From the NCBI GenBank assembly GCA_937910285.1, contig CALEOC010000153.1:15481-79480 (forward strand): 64,000 nucleotides of DNA. The letters run 5' to 3'. Made by a program: the position numbers and the translations under genes. Numbering within the stretch: position 1 is the first letter of the stretch; every line of letters starts with the position of its first letter. The notes beneath the pieces are model-generated. The model was not told the origin of the DNA, ran no database searches, and was given only the letters and a program-made list of their open reading frames with translations. Source of the DNA: an uncultured Myxococcales bacterium. GTDB lineage: Bacteria > Myxococcota > Myxococcia > Myxococcales > UBA5297. Positions 1-11,477 of this stretch are shown in pieces.

Positions 1-2
1 AG

Positions 3-2300
3 GACTTCAAGGCGCCCGCCTCGGAATCGGCGGTCAACGTCCTCGCCTGCTCCCCGACGCTGGAGATGGGGATCGATGTCGGCGGCCTCGACGCGGTGCT
101 GATGCGCAACGTGCCGCCGCGCCCCGACAACTACGCGCAGCGCGGAGGGCGCGCCGGCCGCCGCAGTCGCGTGGGCATCGTCGTCGGCTACGCGCGCAAC
201 ACGCCCCACGACCAGTACTTCTACGACAAGCCCGCGGAGATGATCGCCGGCGAGGTCGCCGCGCCGGCCATCGGGTTGGGCAACCGGGACGTCGTCATCC
301 GCCACCTCAACGCCATCGCCCTGGGCGCGGCCGAGCCCGGCCTGGCCGGCCGGATGCTCGAGTACATCTCGTTCAAGGGCGAGAAGAACCAGGAGGCCAT
401 CGACGGGCTGATCGATGCGTTCGAGAGCCAGATCGGGCACGCCGCGGATCTGGCGATGGCGGCCTGGGACACCGAGCGCATCCTCGAGCCGGCCGGGCTG
501 GGCAGCAGGGAGAAGCTCATCGCCACGCTCAAGCAGCAGTCGGAGCGCATCCGCGACGTCTTCGACCGCGTGCAGTACCAGGTGCAGCAGCTCCAGCAGC
601 AGATGCAGCCGCTCGTGCAGTCCGGGACGCAGAAGCATCAGGGCTTGAGCGCCATCGAGCTGATCCGCCGGCTGCTCGGCCAGCCTGACGAGAAGAAGAA
701 GAGCGGAGACGCCGACGATCGCAGCGCCGGGCACCCGATGCGGCGCTTCGCCGAGTTCGGAATCCTGCCCGGCTACGAGTTCCCCAGCGAGCCGGCGACG
801 CTGCGACTGCTCGGCGATCGGGACGAGAGCGAGCCGATCTCGGTGGTGCGCCGCTTCGGGCTCGCGCAGTACCAGCCCGAAGCGCCTGCCCATGCGCGCG
901 GCAAGAGATGGCGCGTCTGCGGCCTGGACATGACCTCGCCCTGGAACCCGCGCTCGGAGGAGCCGGGTTGGGCCTACCGGGTCTGCGGCGTTTGCCGCCT
1001 GAGCTTCGATGCCCAGCAGGTCTCCTGCCCCAGGTGCGGCAAGCCGCACCCCGGCGGTCCGGAGCACCCGGCCTACGAATTCGGCGGCTTTCTGGCCGTC
1101 CAGGACGATGCGCCGGTGCTCGAGGAAGAGGAGCGAATTGCGCTGGCGGCGAACGTGCGCTGCTCGCCGCAGTGGAACGCGGACATCCGAGCCCGGTATC
1201 TGCTCCCGACCGGCTGGTTGGCGGAGGTGCGCTCCGGCGAGGAGATCCGCTGGATCAACGAGTGGAAGCCACCCGCGGAGACCGAAGCGCACTGTGCCCT
1301 GCGCAGCGACGCACGTGGCTTCTACCTGTGCCCGGTCTGCGGCCACACTCTCGTGCCGCCTCCCCCAGCCGAGAAGACCAAGGGCAACAAGAAGGCGAAA
1401 GCGGGCTCGACGAAGCACGGCGATCCGTTCGGACACGCCAAGTCTTGCCTGCGGGCGGGTCAACCTCCGGTTCCGCTGGCGATCGTCACCAAGTTCCCGG
1501 CGACGACCCTGCGGCTGCTCATCGACGTGCCGCTGGGCTACGACGAGGACGACTGGAAGCGCTGGGGCCTCTCACTCGGATACGCGTTGCGGACCGGTAT
1601 GCGGCACCGCTACATGCTCGACGGCCCGGAGATCGAGTTCGAGCTCGAGTCGCTCTGGCCGGTCTCCGACGGAGCGCGAAAGTGGCTGCGAGGTGCGCTC
1701 ACCTTCATCGACCCGGCTGTCGGCGGCAGCGGATTCCTGGAGCACGCGGTCACCGAGCTCGACGGGGTGGCGAAGGCGGCGCTCGACCATCTCGATCACG
1801 GCGGCTGCGAGAGCGCCTGCTATCGCTGCCTGAAGAGCTACCAGAACCAGCGGTACCACAAGTGGCTCTCCTGGCCGCACGCCATTCCCGCCGTGGAGAG
1901 CCTGTCGATGGCGCCACCCGAGGCACTGGAACCGAAGAAGGGCGACGTCTTCGATCCCAAGCCCTGGCTCGAGGCCTTTGATGCGGGAGTCGGCTCGCCC
2001 CTCGAGCTGAGGTTCCTTCGCGCCTTCGAGGCCGCGGGGCTCAAGCTCGAGAAGCAGGTCCCCATCTCCGTGCAGGACGGCGGGCAGCCGATCACCGCCG
2101 CCGACTTCGCGGTCCTCGACAAACGCATCGCCGTCTACGTCGACGGCGCCGCCTTCCACACCGGCGCCGCCCTGCGGCGCGACAAGGCGATACGCAAACG
2201 CCTCAAGGAAGCGACCCCGCCGTGGACCGTCCTGGCATTTGGCGCAGCGGATTTGCCTCATGCCACCGGCGAGCTGCGCAAGGCCCTCACGAAGGATTAG
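3..2300 (+). CDS. DEAD/DEAH-box helicase (5'-truncated) with DUF1998 Zn-binding domain and C-terminal DUF559/Vsr-like nuclease domain
   Basis: Frame is open from position 3 (DFKAP...CSPTLEMGIDVG). Helicase motifs V and VI (LEMGID; NYAQRGGRAGR), DUF1998-type CESACYRCLKSYQNQ, C-terminal ADF...AVYVDGAAFH...RD nuclease pattern. Confidence 0.85.
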   Translation, partial: DFKAPASESAVNVLACSPTLEMGIDVGGLDAVLMRNVPPRPDNYAQRGGRAGRRSRVGIVVGYARNTPHDQYFYDKPAEMIAGEVAAPAIGLGNRDVVIRHLNAIALGAAEPGLAGRMLEYISFKGEKNQEAIDGLIDAFESQIGHAADLAMAAWDTERILEPAGLGSREKLIATLKQQSERIRDVFDRVQYQVQQLQQQMQPLVQSGTQKHQGLSAIELIRRLLGQPDEKKKSGDADDRSAGHPMRRFAEFGILPGYEFPSEPATLRLLGDRDESEPISVVRRFGLAQYQPEAPAHARGKRWRVCGLDMTSPWNPRSEEPGWAYRVCGVCRLSFDAQQVSCPRCGKPHPGGPEHPAYEFGGFLAVQDDAPVLEEEERIALAANVRCSPQWNADIRARYLLPTGWLAEVRSGEEIRWINEWKPPAETEAHCALRSDARGFYLCPVCGHTLVPPPPAEKTKGNKKAKAGSTKHGDPFGHAKSCLRAGQPPVPLAIVTKFPATTLRLLIDVPLGYDEDDWKRWGLSLGYALRTGMRHRYMLDGPEIEFELESLWPVSDGARKWLRGALTFIDPAVGGSGFLEHAVTELDGVAKAALDHLDHGGCESACYRCLKSYQNQRYHKWLSWPHAIPAVESLSMAPPEALEPKKGDVFDPKPWLEAFDAGVGSPLELRFLRAFEAAGLKLEKQVPISVQDGGQPITAADFAVLDKRIAVYVDGAAFHTGAALRRDKAIRKRLKEATPPWTVLAFGAADLPHATGELRKALTKD

Positions 2301-2493
2301 CGAAACACCCCAACCGACGAGGCGTTTGAATTGGGCCACTTCACGAACCCCGATTCTCCGCGCGGGACGCGGTCTCTCGTTCCGGCCGCTCCCTCTCTCG
2401 CCCGCTCAATCCAGAAGAGTTCGGGCGCTGGAGGCAGTGCCGGCCAGCCCCGCCGCGGCGGCCAACCGGGGAAGCGCATCGCTCACGAGCCCG

Positions 2494-2664
2494 CAGACTT
2501 CCTGCGAGCCTCTTCGAGCGATTGGGGCCAGGCCGCCGCCCACCGGTCATGCCGACCGAAGAGGCGACGGGCGGCAGCCTCGGAGTCGAGGCACGCGCGC
2601 AAGAGGCCACCTCGGAGAGTTGCCGCAGATCCCAAATCGCTCGAAGAGACTCGCAGGAAGTCTG
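2494..2664. repeat. 34-bp inverted repeat pair (2494-2527 and 2631-2664) around a structured ~100-bp spacer
   Basis: CAGACTTCCTGCGAGCCTCTTCGAGCGATTGGGG versus CCCAAATCGCTCGAAGAGACTCGCAGGAAGTCTG: reverse complements with 2 mismatches. Confidence 0.85.
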
Positions 2665-2935
2665 GTGCTCCGAGTGGGTCGAGGAGCACCAGCGGGCTGG
2701 CCCCCTCCGCTCGCACGGCCTCGAGCCTCGCCACCGGGCGCCTCCGGCCTCGTGCGCCCCACCGATCGGCTTGCGGCCCCTTGATTCACCCGAGGGGCTC
2801 CTCTCCTGCGCCCCGTGCCGCCCTTCGACAGGCTCATCGGCCGGTCGAGTCTCGCTCCCACGGCCGAATCACCGCTTTGTTTGTCCTATCCTCTCCGCCT
2901 GGTCCCGGCGAGAGTGAGCCGCATCGAGAGGCGCT

Positions 2936-4315
2936 ATGAGAAACAGCATCCTGGCCCTACCCCTGCTCGCGCTGGCGAGCTGCGCGCCGAAAGCCGAATG
3001 CAGCGACCTCTCCGCCCTCGGCGCGCACCTCGAATCCGGCCGCTGCGTCGTCGACGGCGATCTCGAGCTCGGAGGCGACGAGTGGCGCGCCCTGCCCGAG
3101 AACCTGCTCGTCCGGGGCCGACTGGAGATCAAGGGCACGCGCATCCGGAAGCTGCCGAGAGGCCTCGTCGTCGAGAAGGATCTCAGCCTGTTCAAGACCA
3201 GCATCGGCGAGCTTCCGCCCGACCTCGTCGTGAACGGGTATTTCGACAACTACCTCGGATTCGGTTCGCCCAGCCTGAAGCGGCCCCCGACCGTCGTGAT
3301 CAAGGGGCGGTGCCCCGGCTGCCCCCTGCATCGCGCCGCGGCGCCGGAGCCGGAGAAACGCGAGGGGGGCAAGCCGGAGATGTCGAACGAATTGTTCGCC
3401 AAGGTGCGGGCGCTCAAGGGCGTGGTGTTCGGCGCCGTGGAGCGCTGCGACGTCGGGAAGCTCGAGGCGCTCGGCGCGAGCGGAGAGCTCACCCTGTTCA
3501 TCGAGCACGAGTCCCCCCGGCTGATGGGGTCGCTGTTCAGCCACTGTCGCGCAGCCGATTTCTGCCGCCTCGTGCCGACGATGGCCGCCGCGGGGTTGGA
3601 TCCGTGGGAGGACAAGCCGTCCTCCGACTCGCTGCTCATAACGGCGATCCGCGGCAAATCGACGACGCAAGCGCTCTGCCTCATCGACCATGGCCCGGTC
3701 CCCGGGGCGTCCGCCACGGCGGACTTGGCCCGCGGGTTTGCCCGCGAGCAGGCTGAGCTGGCCGGAGAGCACGCCGTGCTTCGCCGGCTGGAAGGAGACA
3801 GGCCCGACGACGAGCTCCCGCCTGTCGATCTCGTGCGGTACGACGCGGCCGGCGCCTTGAAGGCACGTCTCGCGAAGCTGAGCGCGCCCGAGCGCAATCG
3901 CTTGCTCCTGATGGCGGTTGCGTACCGTTCGCAGAGAGCGCTGCGCCTGCTGCTGAGAAACGGGGCCGACCCGCGCTTTGGCGGCCGCACCGAGAGGTTC
4001 GTCGGCCCGCCGCTCGTCCTCGCCGCCAGGCGCGGGAACGTCGAAGCGGCGAAGGTCCTGTCGAAGGCGGGCGCCCGCCCCGATGCCGGAGCGGCGCTTC
4101 GCGCGACCTTCGAGGCCAGCATCTCGATCGACCTGCAGCTCGACCTCGTCCGCGTGCTGCTCGCCGCCGGGGTGACCAGGACCGACCGTGCGGCGGCACT
4201 CGAGCTCTTCAAGGCGCGGTACGGCGTCGAGAGCGTGGAGGCGGCCCGCGAGCACGATCGCCACTTCGGCGGCACGTTCTACACGGAGGTCTTCCGGTTG
4301 CTCGACCGACGCTGA
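2936..4315 (+). CDS. Lipoprotein with N-terminal LRR-like repeats and C-terminal ankyrin repeats
   Basis: Lipobox LASC; LPENLLV / LPRGLVV / LPPDLVV repeats; ankyrin-like LLLRNGADP and PPLVLAARRGNVEAAKVLSKAGA. Confidence 0.6.
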   Translation: MRNSILALPLLALASCAPKAECSDLSALGAHLESGRCVVDGDLELGGDEWRALPENLLVRGRLEIKGTRIRKLPRGLVVEKDLSLFKTSIGELPPDLVVNGYFDNYLGFGSPSLKRPPTVVIKGRCPGCPLHRAAAPEPEKREGGKPEMSNELFAKVRALKGVVFGAVERCDVGKLEALGASGELTLFIEHESPRLMGSLFSHCRAADFCRLVPTMAAAGLDPWEDKPSSDSLLITAIRGKSTTQALCLIDHGPVPGASATADLARGFAREQAELAGEHAVLRRLEGDRPDDELPPVDLVRYDAAGALKARLAKLSAPERNRLLLMAVAYRSQRALRLLLRNGADPRFGGRTERFVGPPLVLAARRGNVEAAKVLSKAGARPDAGAALRATFEASISIDLQLDLVRVLLAAGVTRTDRAAALELFKARYGVESVEAAREHDRHFGGTFYTEVFRLLDRR

Positions 4316-4363
4316 GGGTCGGACGGGGGCCACCGTCTCCCCCTCGTCCCCGCGCAACGGTAA

Positions 4364-6678
<2,315 letters not shown>

Positions 6679-6847
6679 CCGGTCGGACCGATTCAGTGAG
6701 CGTGACGCCCCAGCACCCGCTCATCACGCAGACAAGCGCTCGCCCGTCTGCTCGGCACCGTTTCGCCGCGTTTTACCTGCGCGCGCCTGCTGAATACTCT
6801 TTCAGTGGTTCCCACTCTTAGATGGCGCGTCGCTCTCGAGAAACCTG

Positions 6848-8482
6848 ATGACTACCGACCCGACTCTATTTCGTCCCCTCAGCCGCAGGCCACAGGCGAC
6901 CACGGTCACCGTCAAGGACCTGATCCAGAAGGTTCAAGCGGGCGAAGTGCGCATTCCGCGCTTCCAGCGTCCGCTTCGGTGGAGCGGCAAGAACGTAGTC
7001 GAGCTCATCGACAGCGTTTGGCGCGGCTATCCGGTCGGCTCGCTGCTTCTCTGGAAGCGGCCCGCCGATGCCGACACGCTGCTTGTCGGCCGCGCCAAGC
7101 TGCAGGTGCCTGACCGCGCCGACGCGTGGTGGGTGGTCGACGGGCAGCAACGCGTGACGGCGCTGGCCGCCTCTCTGCTCGACCTGGATCACGGTGGCGA
7201 CCGCCGCTGGGTCCTTCGCTTCGACCCCGAGCAGCAGGAATTCCTTCTCGGCCCGCCGCCTCCACACCGCAAGGGGCTCGACGTGCCGCTTTCCGTCCTC
7301 GGGGACCTGCGGCGCCTTGGCAGGTGGCTCCGCGAGAGCGCTCTCGAGGAGGAGATGATCGACCGCGTGGAGGACGCCCAGCAGCGCATCCTCGACTACG
7401 CGATCCCGGCCTACGTCGTTGAGACGAGTGACGAGGAGGCGCTGCGCGCGGTCTTCGCCCGGCTCAACAGCACCGGCGCGCGGATGAGGGCCGACGAGGT
7501 GTTCCAGGCGCTGCTCGGTGCGCCTTCCACCTCCGGACGCTCCTCACTCGACCTGGACGAGCTGCAGAAGGGCTGCGACCTCGACGGCTTCGGCCAACCC
7601 GCCCGAAGCGAAATCCTCAAGGCGGTCCTGGCGATGAGCGGGTTGGACCCGACCCGGCGGCTCGATGATCTCGAAAGCCTTCAGGGACTCGTCTCGCCCG
7701 AGGATGCGGCCGAGGCGCTATCTCGGACGGTCGCATTCCTGGCCGAGGACTGCGGCATTCCCCACGAGAGCCTCATTCCCTACCCGGTGGTCTTTTTCAT
7801 CCTGGCGCGGTGGTTCCACGTCCATCCGAATCCCGCCCCGGCGACGCGCACCCTTCTCGCGCGGTGGGTCTGGCGCGGAGCGGTCACCGGCGTCCATGAA
7901 CGCGCAGCGGTCTCGAAGATGCGCGAGCAAGTTCGCGACATCCAACCCGGGGACGAGTCGGGCTCGCTCGACAGGCTGATGCGCCGCATCGGCTCGCCGC
8001 CTTCCGGGCCCTGGCAGCTCGAGAAGTTCAACCACAAGAGCGCGCGAAGCCGCATCGAGTGCCTCGCGCTGCTGAGCCTTGGGCCGCGGGACCGACTCGG
8101 GATGGTGTCGATGGGCGATCTCCTCTGTGGAAGAGTAGCCCGCGAGGTCTTCACCAAGAGTGACTGGGAGTCTCTGGCTGAGCCCGACCGCGAGCTGGCC
8201 CGGAGCGCCGCGAATCGAGTCCTCCTCGCCAATGCGCACTCGGGGCTGCAGGCGGAGCTTCGGAGGTGGGACCCGACGAAGCACGCCGAAGCGCTGGCTT
8301 CGCATCTCATCGACGAAGTCGCCTTCGAGTCCCTGGTCAAGAAGCAGATCCCACGCTTCCTTCGCCGCCGTGCCGCCGCCTTGGCGCAGCTCGTCGACCG
8401 GTTCCTGCGCGATCGCGCCGAGTGGGACGAGCCGACGCTTCGGCCTCTCGAGGTGTATCTGGACGCGGAGGCGGTCGATTGA
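6848..8482 (+). CDS. DUF262 (GmrSD/ParB-like N-terminal domain) protein with an apparently degenerate C-terminal HNH-like region
   Basis: IPRFQR, LIDSVWRGYPVGSLLLW, VVDGQQR and FARLNSTG motifs. Confidence 0.88.
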   Translation: MTTDPTLFRPLSRRPQATTVTVKDLIQKVQAGEVRIPRFQRPLRWSGKNVVELIDSVWRGYPVGSLLLWKRPADADTLLVGRAKLQVPDRADAWWVVDGQQRVTALAASLLDLDHGGDRRWVLRFDPEQQEFLLGPPPPHRKGLDVPLSVLGDLRRLGRWLRESALEEEMIDRVEDAQQRILDYAIPAYVVETSDEEALRAVFARLNSTGARMRADEVFQALLGAPSTSGRSSLDLDELQKGCDLDGFGQPARSEILKAVLAMSGLDPTRRLDDLESLQGLVSPEDAAEALSRTVAFLAEDCGIPHESLIPYPVVFFILARWFHVHPNPAPATRTLLARWVWRGAVTGVHERAAVSKMREQVRDIQPGDESGSLDRLMRRIGSPPSGPWQLEKFNHKSARSRIECLALLSLGPRDRLGMVSMGDLLCGRVAREVFTKSDWESLAEPDRELARSAANRVLLANAHSGLQAELRRWDPTKHAEALASHLIDEVAFESLVKKQIPRFLRRRAAALAQLVDRFLRDRAEWDEPTLRPLEVYLDAEAVD

Positions 8483-9762
8483 GCGAGCTGAAGACGTCGC
8501 CGCGCCTGCGGCTGGAGGTGCGCGTCTCCGGTCAACGAGTAGGGGTCCTCGCTCGCGAGCGCCACGGAGCGATTCGCTTCACGCCGGACGCAGCTTGGCT
8601 CGAGGGAGGGCAGCATCCTCCCCTCGGACTCGCCTTCCTCACCGATCCCTCGCCACGGCTAGCCGGTACCGGCTTGCCCTCCTGGTTCGACAACCTCCTG
8701 CCCGAGGTGGGAAGCGCGCTGCGACATCGGATCTGCCAGCAGCGCGGTCTTCGCGAGACCGACACGCCGTCGCTGCTCTTGGCCCTTGGGCGCGATCTCC
8801 CAGGCGCCGTCGAAGTGCTTGGCGAGTCGGAGCCCGCCGCACTGCCGCCGGAAGAACCGGTAGCCCCAGGCCGGCTTCGCGCCTCGCTCGCCGGAATGCA
8901 GCTCAAGCTCTCGATGCTGCTGGAGGGTGACAAGTTCGTCCTGCCAGCCCGAGGCGAGACCGGGCGCTGGATCGTGAAGATCGCCGGGGAGCGCCTTCCA
9001 GAACTGCCGCAGGTGGAGCACTGCACGATGAGCTGGGCCGAGGCCTCGGGGCTGCCGGTTCCTCGTCACCATGTGCTTGGAGTCGAAACGCTTCAGGGCG
9101 TCCCGCCTGATTTGCTCGGCACACCGAGGCTTGCCTTCGCCGTCGAGCGTTTCGATCGCTCGGTCGACGGCTCTCGCATCCACCAAGAGGATTTCGCGCA
9201 AGCGCTCGAAATTGATGCGCGAGCCAAGTACGCCGATACGGGTCCTAGGCGAACGAGCTACGACGCCCTCGCGCGACTGGTCAAAGACGTCTGCGGCGAG
9301 GACGCTCAGGCCCAGTTTCTCGACCGCGTCGCCTTCACAATCGCTTCTGGCAACGACGACGCGCACCTCAAGAACTGGTCCTTTCAGTGGGGATTCGATC
9401 ATCGCCCCAGGTTGAGCCCCTGCTACGACTTCGTCGCATCGATCTCCTGGCCCGCCTTCGGTTGGGAATCACCGCACGGACCCCCGAAGCTCGCCTTGGC
9501 CCTCGGGCGCTCGCGCCGCTTCGACAACCTCGACCGCGAACGGCTGCGCCTCTTCGCCCAGAGGGCTGATGTCCCCGACGGCGAGGAACGCATGCTCGCG
9601 GCGCTGGAGCGGGCTCGGGCAACGTGGGCAGCGATCGAGGATCAGAGCCCCGCCAGGATGAGAGAGGCGGTGAGGCTGCACTGGAGCAGAGTGCCTGTGC
9701 TGCGCAGCCTCGGCGGACTTCCCTCCAGCACGAGGACATCACGGTGTCCGCCGTCGGCCTGA
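8479..9762 (+). CDS. HipA-family Ser/Thr kinase toxin
   Basis: TTG start overlaps the DUF262 stop (TTGA). N-terminal WFDNLLPE and GRDLPGAV; SLAGMQLK, VERFDR, HQEDFAQ, GNDDAHLKN and PCYD motifs. Confidence 0.92.
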   Translation: MSELKTSPRLRLEVRVSGQRVGVLARERHGAIRFTPDAAWLEGGQHPPLGLAFLTDPSPRLAGTGLPSWFDNLLPEVGSALRHRICQQRGLRETDTPSLLLALGRDLPGAVEVLGESEPAALPPEEPVAPGRLRASLAGMQLKLSMLLEGDKFVLPARGETGRWIVKIAGERLPELPQVEHCTMSWAEASGLPVPRHHVLGVETLQGVPPDLLGTPRLAFAVERFDRSVDGSRIHQEDFAQALEIDARAKYADTGPRRTSYDALARLVKDVCGEDAQAQFLDRVAFTIASGNDDAHLKNWSFQWGFDHRPRLSPCYDFVASISWPAFGWESPHGPPKLALALGRSRRFDNLDRERLRLFAQRADVPDGEERMLAALERARATWAAIEDQSPARMREAVRLHWSRVPVLRSLGGLPSSTRTSRCPPSA

Positions 9763-9871
9763 GCAGGCACGCGCCATTTCCGCACGGGTGTTCATTGCCA
9801 TGCGCCTCTACACCGCCGGCGGCCCGCGTGGGCCTTGGCTTTCCGGGCCTCCGCCCTCCCGAGCCCGCTCA

Positions 9872-10280
9872 AGAGGTGTCGCGAAATCCCCCTGACCTCG
9901 GTTCGTCCCGCCGCTCACCCTGAGCTTCGCACCGGGCCTTGCCCGGCTGTGTCCCACGAACGAACAGCAGCTTGCCGTAGAGCCAGCCGTGCGCGCGAGC
10001 GAGTGAAAGTCCCCTCTCCCGCGCTTGCGCGGGAAGAGGGGATTTAGGGGAGAGGGAAGGTTGGTCGCCACCGTCGAGGAGAGGCCGCCTATCGACTCGA
10101 CGCTCGTGCCCAACCTCGAGGAACGTCGCGGACTGTTAGTTAAGAGCGTAGCTCCCGACGCGAGCGGCGGGAGCGGAGTCGAAGGGCCCCTCGACTTCGG
10201 CCTCGCGAGTTCGGCCTCCTGAGCCTGTCGAAGGGGCTCGGGCTGATCGGTTGTCGCTCGAAGGATCCTTCGACACATCT
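9872..10280. mobile_element. MITE-like element, long copy with nested palindromes and TCA flanking repeat
   Basis: TCA|AGAGGTGTCGCGAAATCC...GGATCCTTCGACACATCT|TCA; internal core GAGCGTAGCTCCCGACGCG...GGGAGCGGAGTCGAAGGG shared with the other copies. Confidence 0.7.
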
Positions 10281-11477
10281 TCAGAACGCCCAGTCGAGCC
10301 GCAGGGTCGCGAAGTGCTCGAAGGCACGCAGCTCCTGCCCCTGGAGCTGTTGGGAGCGGTAGGCGTACTCCCCATGCAGCGCCAGGTTGTCGACGAAGTA
10401 GTACCGGGCGCCTCCGACCGCCTGCCAGGCGTCGGAGTCGATCTCCTCGGGGGTCAGCAGCAGGCCGAACCGCGCGAAGGCGGCAAGACTGGTCATCGGG
10501 AAGTAGTTGAGCTGGGCCGAGCCCGACGAGGTCGTCACCTCGGAGCCTTCGCCCCAGAGCGGCCCCTGGTCGCGGCTGAGGAAGTACTGCAGCTCGAGGT
10601 TGAGCTGCCGGTAGTTGAGGCTCGCGTCGGCCCCGAGGCGCAGATGGCGCTGCCGGTCGGCGGCGCCGGCCTGCGGGCGCGCCCGGCCGAAGATGCCGGT
10701 CAAGCCGAGCCGCTGTCCGGAGGTCTGGCCCTCGCCACGCCCGAACACATAGGCGACGCGGGCGTAGAGATCCTCGGGGAAGTCGGAGAGACGGTTGGTG
10801 CTCGAGCCGTTGATCCAGCCGGCCGCGTAGCTGAACCCCGAGAACTGGTAGCCCGTAATCTCGATGCCCTCCTGCGTCTCGGACAGCGGCGGTCCGCCAG
10901 GGAAGCTCGCCTCGTACGGGAGGTAGGGGGTGAAGGTGAGGCGGCGCTTGTCGCTGAAGACCGCGTAGGCGGGCTCGAAGCGGCCCGCGCGCACGTTGAG
11001 CCAGCGGGTGCCCAGGCTGCTGAAGACGACGTTGGCCATCTCCAACGACCCTTGCTGTCCGGCGATACCGCGAGCCTCCGGCAGCGACGGCGGGTAGACG
11101 ACCAGGTAGCCGATGTGCTGGCCGAGCAGGCCCGCGGACAGCAGGTCGAACCCGGTGACGGCAAAGCGCGTGACGTCCTGTCCCTGCGGGTCGCGCTCGC
11201 TGTTCACGTAGTCGAAGCCGGCGTGGACGCGCGCGGCAAATGGCGGCGGGCTCTCGAGGACCGTTCGCTCCTTCTGCTCCTCACCCGGCAGCCGGTAGCC
11301 ATTCATCCGGTAGCGCGCGCCGAAGTCGTTGAGGCGCGGGAAGGCCGAGTGGCACATCGTGCAGTTGTAGCCGTACTTTCGGGCAAAGACCGGGATCCCC
11401 GACGCGGGCGGCGACCAGAAGGCGACCAAGGCCGCGACCAGGCCGAACGCGGCCAGCAGCAGAATGCGGCGATTCAT
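10281..11477 (-). CDS. Outer-membrane beta-barrel porin with N-terminal CxxCH motif (ExtI-like)
   Basis: Signal peptide, IPVFARKYGYNCTMCH...PRLNDFG...NGY motif, amphipathic beta strands, terminal Phe. Confidence 0.75.
   Translation of the reverse strand: MNRRILLLAAFGLVAALVAFWSPPASGIPVFARKYGYNCTMCHSAFPRLNDFGARYRMNGYRLPGEEQKERTVLESPPPFAARVHAGFDYVNSERDPQGQDVTRFAVTGFDLLSAGLLGQHIGYLVVYPPSLPEARGIAGQQGSLEMANVVFSSLGTRWLNVRAGRFEPAYAVFSDKRRLTFTPYLPYEASFPGGPPLSETQEGIEITGYQFSGFSYAAGWINGSSTNRLSDFPEDLYARVAYVFGRGEGQTSGQRLGLTGIFGRARPQAGAADRQRHLRLGADASLNYRQLNLELQYFLSRDQGPLWGEGSEVTTSSGSAQLNYFPMTSLAAFARFGLLLTPEEIDSDAWQAVGGARYYFVDNLALHGEYAYRSQQLQGQELRAFEHFATLRLDWAF

Noticed and set aside
2494-2664. Possible retron msr/msd
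   Set aside because: No adjacent reverse transcriptase; only the inverted repeat is supported.
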